From assembly GCA_964016885.1 (NCBI GenBank), contig OZ024742.1, forward strand, positions 337,590,001 through 337,654,000: a DNA stretch of 64,000 nucleotides, given 5' to 3'. Origin of the DNA: Eledone cirrhosa (lineage: Eukaryota). Positions 29,844 to 42,841 of the stretch are shown here, in pieces. Position numbers and translations under genes: made by a program. The notes under the pieces were generated by a model. It was not told where the DNA came from, made no database searches, and saw nothing but the letters and a program-made list of their open reading frames with translations. Every line of letters starts with the position of its first letter. The stretch's first letter is position 1.

Positions 29844-31228
29844 GTGATATAATAATCCAAGTATCCCCCCGCCCCAACACATACACCTAATTGTTTGGCT
29901 CCAAAAGCAATACGTTGCCCTGTGGAAATAGATCTCTTGTGTTTCCTCGACGGAGTTTCGATCCAGCGATAGCTCTCCCATCAATTATCTTAGTTATTGA
30001 TATAGGACTATGGTCACTTTGCTTAAGAGAAAAAAAAAGAAACCGAAGCAAACAAAATCATAAATTAATGAGAAATTTTAATTGCTAATAGAAAGTAATA
30101 AACATTGTGTATTTAATCATGTGAATTAATTAATAATTACAATATTTAAAGGGATCAATGATGCAAAGGTCATTCTTTAAGCAAATACTAAACACTTTTT
30201 TAAAGACATTTTTTTCTTCTGAAATTCTGAGATAAATAGACTTGTAGTATTATAACCCTGAATTACCTCCCTTCGTTAGTGGTGCTCGGCCATTATTTCA
30301 GATTCCGTCTGCTTAATGCAATTATAAATACTAGCAGAAAAACCACCCCGCGGGTGGTTTTCTGCTAGCATGTGTAGTGTGTATATTGATATTATACGTA
30401 GGTATATATTACATCAAATAAAATCGTAATTGACAATATATAATACATAGAAATTGAACGAAGACTGCGTTACACTGCCTTATTTAATCAGTAACGTAAT
30501 CCATGATACATTAAAAAAGACGATATTATATATAAACTGCATTAGGAGAAAATTAGTGACAGAAAATTAGTATGTATATTTAAGCGATGACCAACCGGAA
30601 GTGTTGACATTTCAGAAATTTTAAAGAAGTGAATGTTTAAATAAACAAAATATATTTAATCAACAGCCACGAAATTTAGTAGATAAATTATGAAATATTC
30701 ATTCGTCATTTATTCAAAGTAATCCAACTTATTTTACTAATGGTATAAAACATTATAAACCGTACGCAGTCCCGCGCTCCTTACTTTATTATAGTTTAGA
30801 TTGTCTAATGATAGTTCTGAGCTTATAAAATTATGGATACGATATTTATACGCTATAATAAATTTACTGAAAACGATTGCGTTAGTTGTAATGTTTGAAG
30901 ACATCGCCCACAGCAGTAGCATTTATTATATAAGGAATTTCATAGTTTTCTGTTATTATGACAAGTGATATTGTTTGGTTTGGGGTATTATTGACAATAG
31001 ATGTCGTTTCAGAAATATTTTTTAATCCATTCAATTCACTGATTCATTTACACATACATGTATCTATACATATATAAATATGCCCTATGTCTGTCTGTAT
31101 AATTGTTTCTACTTTAGGCACAAGGCCAGTGTCTGTCTGTATAATAGGGGGAAATCAGAAATTCTTTGCTTAAACTTTAATTTGTACTACTACTACTAAT
31201 AATGATAATTATATATATAAATATATAT

Positions 31229-31413
31229 GCAGAGGTTATATTTAATTTGTTGGGATACAACAAGCTTAAAAATATTTTTATAACTGATATAAAGCACTCA
31301 ACAAATTTTAGGAGTAAATATACAATATATTAACAAATGGAAACTATATTTATAAAACCATATTTATTTTATTATACATATTTCAAGGGCCACCAAGGCA
31401 AATTATGGTGCGC
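31229..31413 (-). mobile_element. Truncated copy of the 25824/51094 hammerhead family (tail + GAAA half) in TTC33 intron 1
   Basis: Similar to 25824-26006; stops just before the CTGATGA core. Confidence 0.75.
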
Positions 31414-31479
31414 ATATGTATATATGATGGCTGCAAACTCTGCTAAGAGTATTGCAATCGCTTGTCAGATTACAAAAAA

Positions 31480-31928
31480 TGGTGCACTTTTAGGCTATGG
31501 CCAGGCACACAAACCTGTAACATATCCTGAACAAGCAATGCTTGTGCTTTGAAGGTTTTTTTAAGTGGGGAAAGACCTTGCACTAAACCAATCCCACTCT
31601 CTGAGCATCGAAAACACTACCCGAAAAGGAGAACTGGTCAACATCACCGGATGCTTCTGAAGCTACAGGTTTTTTTCAGAGTTTCCCTCTCCTAGAAAGG
31701 TGTTGTGACAACAACAGGTGGAAAAAAAAAATACTATTTGGATGGCCGTTGGCTCTGTCGAGTTCCTCCACCCTTTGCTGGGTCTTGTATTCATCCTGCA
31801 GGGTGACCAAATATCACCCTCCTCACCAAGCAAGCTTGGTGGGGTTGCCGGTTTAGTCGCCGACAACCCGACCAAGAGACAGGTTGTACTGGGTTACATG
31901 TTACCAGTAGCACTAGAGAGCGACCTGA
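31480..31928 (-). mobile_element. Structured GC-richer repeat remnant, probably a LINE (RTE-like) 5' UTR
   Basis: Several hairpins (GGTCGCT/GGCGACT, CACCAAGC/GCTTGGTG, AGGGTGA/TCACCCT); no credible ORF. Confidence 0.35.
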
Positions 31929-32104
31929 CACACACACACACACACATATATATATATCCCTAAACTATATATATATATATATAGTTTAGGGATTGTAACG
32001 TCAAAGTTACTGTAGGTTCACCAAAGTGACCACTCGATGCATAATCTCCAGTATGTACTTAAGGGTTGTACTAAGCAGAGTGTAAAATAATAATAATAAT
32101 AATA

Positions 32105-33198
32105 TGTTGCTGAACAAAAAGAAATGGATAGGAAGACTAGGAAGCTATTGACTATCTACAACATGTTCCACAAGAGGAGTGATGTCGATAGAGGACTGTG
32201 TTCAGATGGAGAAAAACAACCTACACAAATACGTGACTGATAGTAGGGAGCCAATGCTCAGAATTGTACTGAAGGAGAGGACAATAGACCAGAGGATGTC
32301 CAAGGAGGAAATAACAACAAGGAGAAAGAGCAACCTTCATGAAAAATCCCTTCATAGTACCTTCTTTGAGAAAACTGAATTCAGAGATTCATAGACATGG
32401 AACTGGTTGAAAAGAGGAGACCTTAAAAAGGCTACAGAAGGAATGCTAATGGCTGCGCAAGAGCAGGCCCTCAAAACGAAGTGGCTGAAACACCATATTT
32501 ACAAGGAGGAGGCTAGCCCACTGTGCAGGATCTGTGGAGAGAGAGGAGACTGTGGTTCACATTGTATCCGAGTGTAAACACCTAGCCCAGATTCACTATA
32601 AAGGCTGGAGACATGATGTGATGGGCAGGGTGATCCACTGGCACCTATGCAAAGTAAACAATTTACCACATTCTGAGAAGTGGTATGAGCATAAGCCAGA
32701 GTCGGTGATAGAAAACGATCAGGTGAAGGTGCTGTGGGATTTTAGGATACAGACGGACAAGAAACTGGAACACAATAGACCTGACCTGGTGGTTTTGGAC
32801 AAAGAAAAAAGATTGTGCCTGATTGTGGATGTAGCCTGCCCATTCGACACAAGAGTGCAAGAGAAGGAGAGGGAGAAAATTAACTGATACCAGGACTTAA
32901 AGTGGGAGGTAAAAAGGATTTGGAACTGCCATGAAGTCAAAGTGGTCCCAATTGTCATTGTCATAGGCGCACTAGGTACTATCTCAAAGAGTTTCAAAGG
33001 ATGGTTAAAGAAAATTGGTCCCGCCCCGCTTTTTGGAACACTTCAAAAGGCATGCTTGCTGGGAACAGCAAGAACCCCCTGATACGTCCTGAATATCTGA
33101 GGCTGCAGGGAGTGGCTTGATATTCATTTCAACAAAATTTCCAGTTAAATAACATCAATGACTGAGGCTCAAAGAACAATAATAATAAAAATAATAAT
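32105..33198 (+). mobile_element. Dong/R4-type non-LTR element, 3' fragment in (TAA)n
   Basis: CRICGE..ETVVHIVSEC..RHD (CCHC) and RPDLVV..DVACP endonuclease motif; AAT repeats at both ends. Confidence 0.85.
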
Positions 33199-33267
33199 AT
33201 GGATGAGGTGTCAAATTTTCATTACATAGACGTAATGAAAATTTGACACCTAGTCCGTACAGTATCG

Positions 33268-33449
33268 GTAGAGGGTTGGACGCCATGCTATGAAGCATAG
33301 AGTTAACCTCCCTGTATGATCTGAGTTCAAATCCCGCTGAGGTTAACTTTGCCTTTCATCCTTACGGGGTCGATAAAATAAAGTACCAGTAATGCACTGG
33401 GTAATTGCTGGCCTTGTGCCAAAAGTAGAAACAATTATTATTATTATTA
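33268..33449 (+). mobile_element. tRNA-derived SINE with (ATT)n tail
   Basis: GAGTTCAAATCC B box; body GCCTTTCATCC..GGGGTCGATAAAATAAAGTACCAG; related copies at 35850-36050, 38335-38435 (-), 43330-43500. Confidence 0.65.
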
Positions 33450-33955
33450 ACCAGGAGGGGCAGGCAGTTTTTATCTGCATGGTGGCCATGGTAAAAGAGG
33501 TATGGTGGACGTGTCTGAAAGGGTTGAAGACAGGCACTTTCCTCTTCGGTGACACCCTCATTAACTTCTTTCAGGTTTCACCTGAAAAGGAAAATAAGGG
33601 TGGAGAGGGGTGTGATACCTTCCAGCCAGTTTGTCGAAAGGTGGGTGAGAGAGGCAAGAATGGCCCGTGTGAATGGGCCTGCCCTGAGCGTGTGCCTGTA
33701 GTAATGTGGGAGGAAAACTGGAAGAGGGTGCTTGCCCTAACAGTTAGGGTGACCGTAGCTTTTTGTGGGCTTTCTCCATGAGTGACCCTCAGAGGTCTCC
33801 CCCCTATTGAGAAATTTTTCCCTTGTTTTCTTTTTTTGTTACATCCTTTGTTTTTGATTTTTTTACACACAGAAATGCCCATTTGTACCGTCCTGTGCTG
33901 TACTTAATGTTATACTTTATGTCAATCCTTGTGGTTAATAAAGAAAGCATTATTA
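33450..33955 (+). mobile_element. Tx1/L1-family 3' fragment
   Basis: EGQAVFICMVAMVKE..; 3' end TGTGGTTAATAAAGAAAGCATTATT matches the reverse complement of 3075-3100. Confidence 0.85.
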
Positions 33956-33957
33956 TA

Positions 33958-34993
33958 TATACTAGTTCCTTCTATTGCCCAGATGGTTCTATAGAAATAG
34001 TGGACACTTTCCATTACCTGGGTGACAAAATCAGCAGTGGTGGAGGGTGCTCTTAAAGTACAGTAGCCAGAGTCAGAACGGGATGGAAAAAATTCAGAGA
34101 GCTTATACCGCTGTTAGCCACAAAAGGTTTCTCTCTAAAAATGAAAGGCAGATTGTATGATGCCTGTATACGAACAGCAATGCTACATGGCAGTGAGACA
34201 TGGGAATTGCATGCAGAGGACCTGCGCAGACTGCAGAGGAACGAAGCATCCATGCTCCGTTGGATGTGTAATAGTAATATACGCGAACGGCAAAGCATAA
34301 ATGAACTAAGTGAGAAATTAGGAATAAGAAGGGTCAGATGCTGTTTATTTGAGAGAAGACTATGTTGGTATGGTCATGTGATGCGCATGAAAGACAACAG
34401 TTGTATAAAAAAGTGCAGGGTGATCAAAATTGATGGAAGTTACGGAGTAGGTAGACCCAGAAAAACCTGGGACGATTTGATAAATTCCGACCTTACACAC
34501 TTGCACCTCTCTAAGACAATGTCACTGGACCGAGATCTTTGGCGCTACGCAGTAATACAGAAGACCCGCCTTGCCTATGTACAAAGCGAAACCTACAGTC
34601 AGTAGGCACCTCTTAACCAAATATACACCCCAATCCACTACCCCTACCCTATCCTCCCACTCCCACCAACACCACCCTCTCTCTATAAAGTTGGTACCAC
34701 AATATCCAGTCCAAATAAATGAGATAATGAGATCGAGATCGTGTAGGTGTCACAACAAAAAAAAACACAGTCCACGCTGTAATGTGGTTGTGTAGGTAAC
34801 ACGGTAAAAAGTTCCCAGTCCGCACTGTAAATGTGGTTAGTGTTAGGAAGGGCATCCAGCCGTAGAAAACCTGCCAGATAGTCCTATATGAGTGAGACAC
34901 AGTCACTCGACCAACCTTGCCTCAAGTGGGACAACCCCCGTCTAACCCATGCTAGCGTGGAAGATGGACGTTAAACGAAGATGATGATGATGA
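33958..34993 (+). mobile_element. RTE-clade LINE 3' fragment with (GAT)n tail
   Basis: KGRLYDACIRTAMLHGSETW..WYGHVMR..GRPRKTW; ends GGACGTTAAACG(ATG)n. Confidence 0.85.
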
Positions 34994-35053
34994 TATATAC
35001 ATATTCAAAATTGTAAGAAAGTCAAGGCTAAGAAATTATTATTTATTCATGCA

Positions 35054-35173
35054 TCTCTACGAACGTTTCAATACGGCTAGAATATCACATCCATTTGCAG
35101 AGCAACTGAAGATTATTAGTTAATATTTATCTCCATCATGGGTGGCTCATCCCACCCATATCTCTTCAGGAAA
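35054..35173 (-). ncRNA. Hammerhead-like motif with greatly extended stem II (antisense in TTC33 intron 1)
   Basis: TTTC-CTGAAGA-GATATGG..(~80 nt)..CCGTATT-GAAA-CGTTCG-TA-GAGA; the same element has a fold-back 35305-35401 / 35444-35540. Confidence 0.6.
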
Positions 35174-36119
35174 TATTCAGAACAAACATTAATAATAATA
35201 AATATCATAAGACAATATCAAGATAGTGAGAGGAGTGAAAGTATGGAGCTTTTATTCAGGCAGTAAGGTTCAAGTGATATTATGCAGAAGTTTTTATAAG
35301 GCGTTTTTTCAAAAACATGCAAGGTTAAAAGTTTATCTGTGTGTGTGTTTTTTTTTCAGGAAAATTCGTTATATAGCTAGGAATTCATTCAAGTAGAGGT
35401 TCTTAAACAAACTACCCTAACTTCATCGAGAAAAACTTGAACAACCTCTACTTGAATGAATTCCTAGCTATATAACGAATTTTCATGAAAAAAGAAAAAA
35501 AAAAACCCATAAACTTTTAACCTTGCATGTTTTTGAAAAAATATAACTAACAAAATATATTTTTATAGTTTAAATGAGAACCAAACACATTTATACACAA
35601 GAAACACACTGCAGCTTCAAATACCCCAAATTCAGAAGCAACTATCTCCAACTGATCTGGCTGGATTCCCAAGTGAGACCAGCGAAGTCCATGGATGTTA
35701 TCCAACCGTCTTGCTCTGAGTCTCCTGCAGGTTGGTTTTGCCCATAAAATATGTCCAGTAATTCTTTCATGAGCCATTCTAACCACATGCCCAGAGTATC
35801 GGAGCATTATTATTATTATTAAAAAAAACAGTGCATTGGTAGATTCTTTAGAGCATTAGGCAAATACTTTGTGGTATTTGTTCCAGCTCTTTTATGGTTT
35901 GAGTTCAAATCCCACCAAGGTCAACTTTGCCTTTCATTCTTGCAGGGTCGATAAAATAAAGTACCAGTCAAGTACTGGGGGCAATATAATCAACTTTCTC
36001 TTCCTCTCAAAATTGTTGGCCTTGTGCCTAAACGAGAAACTTTATTATTATTATCATTTGTGTCAAATAAAATGTCCTGTTGTATTATGAACTTATTATT
36101 TAGGTTTTTATTGTTGTAG

Positions 36120-36201
36120 GTACTGGGAAGCTATCAAAATATGGAGTGAAGCCATCCAGCTGACACCCTATGATGCTGGTCTTCATGAAATGAAAGCACA
36201 G
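36120..36201 (+). CDS. TTC33: TTC33 coding exon 2 (82 nt; not in ORF track)
   Basis: TTGTAG acceptor; (R)YWEAIKIWSEAIQLTPYDAGLHEMKAQ TPR helix; CAG/GTAGC donor; phase compatible with exons 1 and 3. Confidence 0.88.
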
Positions 36202-36508
36202 GTAGCCTACACATCCATACAAATCCACATATACATCTATATACACACCTATATACATCCATACACACACCCATATACACCCATATATATATATCTATAC
36301 ACACACCTATATACATCCAAATATTCCCTATATATCATCATCATCCCTGTTTTATGTCCATTTCCACATTGACATGGATTGGACGGGTTGGATGACCACA
36401 TCCTACTCATGTATTCTAGTTTAGCAAAGTTTCTACAACTGGATGTCCTTCCTAATGCCAACCACTTTACAGCATAGATTGTATGTATTTTAATATGACA
36501 GCAGCACT

Positions 36509-37399
36509 ACCACTTTACAGAGTGGACTGGGTGTATTTTATTGTGACACTGTCACTACCACTTTACAGAGTGTACTGTGTGTATTTTATTGTGACACCAG
36601 CACTACCACTTTACAGAGTGGACTGGGTGTATTTTATTGTGACACCAGCATTACCACTTTACAGAGTGGACTGGGTGTATTTTATTGTGACACCAGCACT
36701 ACCACTTTACAGAGTGGACTGGGTGTATTTCATTGTGACACTGGCACTACCACTTTACAGAGTAGACTGGGTGTATTTTATTGTGACACTGGCTCTACCA
36801 CTTTACAGAGTGGACTGGGTGTATTTCATTGTGACACTGGCATTACCACTTTACAGAGTGGACTGGGTGTATTTTATTGTGACACTGGCTCTACCACTTT
36901 ACAGAGTGGACTGGGTGTATTTTATTGTGACACTGGCACTACCACTTTACAGAGTAGACTGGGTGTATTTCATTGTGACACTGGCACTACCACTTTACAG
37001 AGTGGACTGGGTGTATTTCATTGTGACACTGGCACTACCACTTTACAGAGTGGACTGGGTGTATTTTATTGTGACACTGGCTCTACCACTTTACAGAGTG
37101 GACTGGGTGTATTTCATTGTGACACTGGCACTACCACTTTACAGAGTAGACTGGGTGTATTTTATTGTGACACTGGCACTACCACTTTACAGAGTGAACT
37201 GGGTGTATTTTATTGTGACACTGGCACTACCACTTTACAGAGTAGACTGGGTGTATTTTATTGTGACACTGGCACTACCACTTTACAGAGTGGACTGGGT
37301 GTATTTTATTGTGACACTGGCACTACCACTTTACAGAGTGGACTGGGTGTATTTTATTGTGACACTGGCACTACCACTTTACAGAGTGGACTGGGTGTG
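36509..37399. repeat. 48-bp minisatellite (~18-19 units) in TTC33 intron 2
   Basis: Unit ACCACTTTACAGAGTGGACTGGGTGTATTTTATTGTGACACTGGCACT. Confidence 0.95.
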
Positions 37400-38541
37400 T
37401 TCTAGTGTAACAGTAACACTAGGGTGATTGCTGTGTCCTCAATGGAGCAGAGTAAGTGATGGGATGATAGAAGAGTGTGGGATATGAATGCATGGTGGAA
37501 TTGGCAGTCATTAACCAGGCAGGTAAAGGAAGTGGTGGTGGTGGGGGAGATGAAATACACACACACACACACACATACATATATATGTATATGATCAACA
37601 TACTATATAGACATACACAACATAAATCAGTCCCAATGTCAATGTATGTTTCAGTTGTTTGATCAACAGAACTGCCTACTTGTGAAATTAATGTGCAAGT
37701 GGCTGAGCATTCCACTGACAAGTGCATCCTTAACATATTTCTCAGGGAGATTCATCATGACACAGTGTGACAAGACTTGCCTTTTGAATTACAAGTACAA
37801 TTCATTTTTACTAGGTGAATGGACTGGAACTGTGAGAAATAAAGTGTCTTGCTCAAGGACACAATGCACCTCTGGGAATCAAATTCAAGACTTTATGATC
37901 ATGAGCTGAACATACTAACCACTAAAGCAACATGCTTTAACAAATACATTCACACACACATACATACACACATTCCAACAAGCACCACAGATGCCTTCAC
38001 AACCAGAAGAGAAGTTCCTAGCTAAGTGTAAGCCACTATATCAAGTTTTTGTAGATCTGGAGAAGGCGTTTGACAGAGTATCATGATCTGTTAATGGTGG
38101 TCTTCCATTATTTCAGGGAAATGGGCTTAGGAGAATAGCTTGTGAGAGTAGTGAAGAAGTGCCACGAAATCTCAGTGAAGGAAAGCTGTAGTACAAGGAG
38201 ACCAAGGCAGAGATTGTGAGAACTGATCTCAAATTGCTGATGACAAAAGACCTCCATAAGTGGAGAGATGCTGAGCTGGCAAGGACCCGTCCAACCCATG
38301 CAAGCATGGAAAACCAGCATAGAACAATGATGATAATAATTGTTTCTACTTTTTGGCACAAGGCCAGCAATTACCCAGTGCATTACTAGTACTTTATTTT
38401 ATTGACCCCGTGAGGATGAAAGGCAAAGTTAATCTCAAGATGATAATAATGATGGTGTGTATTAAACAGAAATAACAACACAATCGATACAGTATATAGA
38501 AGGGATATATTAGGTTAACGCTTGATATAGCAGGAAGAGGG

Positions 38542-38576
38542 TCTTAACGTTTCGGACGCTAGTCCTTGATCAGAGG
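38542..38576 (-). ncRNA. Degenerate hammerhead remnant (CTGATCA core)
   Basis: CCT-CTGATCA-AGGACTAGCGTCC-GAAA-CGT-TA-AGA; G8 lost and stem I weak. Confidence 0.4.
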
Positions 38577-39851
38577 AAAGAATGAGAAATAAAATAGATT
38601 GAGGGGAAGGGCGGGTTGGAATTAGAAAAATTGTCTTTAGATAAAAATAACAGGTCCATTCATGTTGACATCTCTTGCAAAACTGTTGGTGCTGGCGTTT
38701 TGTGTATGATTTATTTTTTAGAAAAGTGGATGATGGAGCGCGTCTATATATATATATTATAAAGAACGAGCATTCAGTGTTGCATCATATCATATTTATT
38801 AACATATTACATATGTTTCTCTATCGATCAGTTCGAGGCAAGATCTGTTACAGATCGAACCTGACTCTGTAATCGAAGGTTCTTCAGATATGTTTGGTAT
38901 ATGAGATCGTCTCCGATCTCATATACCACTGGCCTAGTAGTTAAGGTGTTGGACATATAATCATAAGTTTGTGGGACAGCAAGATGCTTCATTTGACATT
39001 ATTCCTGCCTACTCAGTTGAAAAAGATGAGTACCAGCAACAGTTAGGTACTACCCTCTACACAAGACTAGCATTTAGTCCAGAAAGGAGTCTTTTCATTA
39101 AAACACCCAAGAAACCTATAAAATACAATCATGTAGGAGGCAGAGTTAAACCCATGTTGATGTGAGCCGTAACAACAAACTGTGTATTGGTAATGTCACC
39201 AAATAATCTCTAGATGTATCACAATATTAAGTCAAATCTGATTAATTTTACATATATTTGGCTGTAAACATTTATTATTGATACCTCGACATAGTATTCA
39301 ACATATAACTGGTAACACATAATATGATATTTAGTTGTGCATTTGTAAATTTCCTTAGTTTCATGTTGATAACAAGACTTAAGTGTCGTGAAAAATTTAA
39401 CTTTTGAAAAGTGTAGTCAATGTAAAAAATTGCAACGCTCCAATTTCAGCCATTTTATCATCATTAAGTTCCGGAAACTAGTGGAGCCAGACGTTTTCAC
39501 AGTTAGCAATCACTGCTGGTTTCTATCCTCCATCATGCATAGAAGGGTTACAGTGTTATGACATGTTCAGTCTTTGATGTTGGATCAGGATTTTCTTTGT
39601 CTACCTCTTCTTCAGCCTTCAAATGTATCCTGGGGGATTGTTTTTGACTGGAAGTCATGACAGGATAATTGTTCTGAGAGATAAAAAGTGTTTTTGGTTG
39701 AAAATCTTATATAAGATAACACAAACTCTAAAACAACATTAAACTATAAGAATATAATACACACCTTACATTCTAACAAAATGTAAACAAAATAAGAGGA
39801 AATAATGGTTTATTCCTTGATTATTTGTTAGCCATATTTTGCTTCTTGCAG

Positions 39852-39983
39852 GCATTGTTAATATTACACGAAATTTTTCCAGCTGTTCAGTTTGCAGAGA
39901 AGGCTACACGTTTACAACCCAACTGGTGGTCAGCCTTTCAGACCCTTGGTCGAGCTCTGTTAGGACTTGGAGAAGTTCATTTA
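39852..39983 (+). CDS. TTC33: TTC33 coding exon 3 (132 nt)
   Basis: TTCTTGCAG acceptor; ALLILHEIFPAVQFAEKATRLQPNWWSAFQTLGRALLGLGEVHL; GTAAGT donor. Confidence 0.92.
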
Positions 39984-42490
39984 GTAAGTACACACTCTAG
40001 ATCATTAAAACATCATGGTTATTGCCATTCTGGGGCTACACTTTCATTATGTTTTTGTCTATATTTCTAATATAACCCAATGAATTCCTTATTGAATTCA
40101 ATAAGGAGCATTCAGTTGTTTGATTAATTCAATGTATAAGTGGTTGAGTATTCCACAAGCACATGTACCCTACCCTTAATCCTTTCAATAGCAATCCAGC
40201 CAAAACTGCCAGTGGTTCTTTATATAAACATTTTTGTTATATTGCAAATACCATCTTAATAATTGAAATAATTTTAGTGGAGGTGCCACAGCAAAAAAGC
40301 ACCCAGCCCACACTGTAAAGTGGACGTGTAGGCACCACGGAAAAAGCACCCAGCACTCACTGTAAATGAGGTTGGTGTTAGGAAGGGCATCAAGCTGTAG
40401 AAATCAAGCCAAAATCAGTTCATGTATGAGCACGGCATGGTCAGCCGACCAGACACTGCCCACAACAGGACAACCCGTCTAACCCATGCTAGCGTGGAAG
40501 AACGGACGTAAAACGGTGATGATGATGATGAAATCCCTCCAAATTCTTCATTGATTAATTCAAATGCAGTGTATTTCCTCAGAAATATGGTAATGAAAAG
40601 GTTAACGTAACTCTCAAACCAAATCAGTGAATTATATACATACAATCCATCTGACAGGCTTCCACACAGTTTCTGTCTACCCAGATTCACTTGGATCAAC
40701 TGAAAGACTATGGTAAAGAACTTACCAAAGATGTGTCACACAGTGGGATTGAATTCAGGACCTAATGATTAGGAAGTAAATCTCTTAACCATTGAACCAT
40801 TCCTGTGTCCACCTTAGAACCTATTATTATATTAGAAGTATGTAGTTCTTTTAAATCTTTAGCTCATTGGCCCTTTTTCATAAGAAATTGCATGAAACAA
40901 GCCCTGGTTCAATGATATAATATTACTTCTTTTTTAAGTGTTTATATTTATCTAAAAATCTCCTATCAGAACTTTTCGTAAAAACATTAAGACACCAACT
41001 TAATAACAAGTAAGTTAGTTGTATTGTCCTCTAAATTCTTGATTATTTTCAAAATTAATTGAATATTACAGGTAGTGTTTTTCAATCGAAATATGTTAAT
41101 GATAGGGTTAAACCATCAGGACTATGACCATACAAAGGCAACACATTCACTATATTCCTGTCTGTATATCTCATATGACCTATTATTAAATTAGAAACAA
41201 ATTGATTTAATGTGGGGGATTTAAGAATTAAAGAAGCTTTAATCATCAACACACGAAAGCCACAAATAAACAATAAAATAGAACTACATGGAACAGAGTG
41301 GCTGCTATGACTGCTCCACACATGCACAATCCTCACTCTTAAACCAGTTAAGGAAGAACACGTCATTCGTTTTTGTTTTGCATTTGAAAAGAGGGTACTA
41401 ACCCTGAAATATTATGCTGAAATATACTAGATTAAAAACATTACTTTGGTTTGTTTTATTACATATATATATATATATTCACTCACAAGTCATTGGTTGA
41501 CGCAAGGCTATATATAGCAGATGCCCAAAGGGCCACACAGTAGGACTGAACTCAAAACTACATGTTTTTAACCAAATTTCAAAACCACAACCAAGAGCTA
41601 CATATGTGTTTATAGTTACCTATAAAACATAGGCGGGGGTGGTGAGAGCTGACCTTAGATCTCTGAAGCTCACAGAGGAGATGACGAATGGAGAGATGCT
41701 TTGCTGAAGATGACGTGTCTCACCCTTGCAAGCAGGGAAAAGGGTACAAAATGATGATGATGATGTCATATCTATAGGAATCAATGTATTATCTATAGGT
41801 ACTTGTTATATCTATAGATACCCATGTTATATTTACAGGCACCTATTTTATATCTATGACATATCTATAAGTACCTAAAATTGAATCCATGAACCTTGAC
41901 CTACTTAAGATGAATTATTAACCAAAATGACAGATTCTTGGACTATTTACTGTATATTTTGTATTTCTGTCTAAAGCCTGGAGTTCATGTTTTACACTTG
42001 TTGCAAAATCGTTTGAAGAATGGCTGAAAATGTTCTAAATGTGGAAGATTTTTCTAGAAACAAACTATTAATATGGCTAAGATAAAATGTTGATTAGCAG
42101 TAATAAATTTATAATGTTTGTATCTAGTTTAGAATAGGTACACTGTATCCCTGTGTATATCTGATGTAGAATAAGTACACCATATCCCTGTGTGTCTAGA
42201 AATAGTACACTGTATCCCTGTGTGTAATGAGTTTAGAATAGATACACTGTATCCCTTTGTGACAATAGATGCAACTAAAAGGATTAGTACCTGGAAGAAC
42301 ATCAGGCTATAAAACATTGCTTCAAAAAGAACCCATATGATGAGTATGAAGCCCATCATGAAATGAAATTACATCATCTAAGAATTGAAAGTAAAACATA
42401 AAAATCTAGTTTTGTGGTAGTTTACCATCTGTTGTACAAGTATTAAAATCATCTTTAGGTTGTTGAAAAGAATCTTAAACTTGTTACTCA

Positions 42491-42640
42491 CCTAATGATT
42501 AGAGTGTTGGGCTCACGATAGCAATGTTGTGGGTTCAATTCCTGGACCAGGCACTACATTGTGTTCTTGAGCAAAACACATCATTTCATGCTGCTCCAGT
42601 TCACTTAGCTGAAAATGAGTACCAACAACTGCAACTGTGA
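42491..42640 (+). mobile_element. tRNA-derived SINE
   Basis: A-box-like CCTAATGATTAGAG, B box GGTTCAATTCC, body GTGTTCTTGAGCAAAACAC. Confidence 0.6.
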
Positions 42641-42841
42641 GTTAAACCCGAGATAAATTGGCATCCTGTCCAGGACTATGTCTTATAATCTGTCACTTAA
42701 CAAAGAAACTAGGCTTGGGACAGACTTTAACCTATCACAGATTGAATCCAGTCATCTTTTCTCAGATTATATTTGATGATTAACCAGATAAATCTCAGAT
42801 TTTATTTGATAGCTAACAACATAAATCTTCAATAATTACAG

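Noticed and set aside
30594-30603. ACCGGAAGTG ETS-like site in TTC33 intron 1
   Set aside because: A single short motif with no supporting evidence.
36483-37427. 314-aa repetitive ORF / possible CRISPR-like array
   Set aside because: Pure 48-bp tandem repeat with no unique spacers, intronic and derived from a retroelement tail; the ORF follows from a stop-free period divisible by 3.
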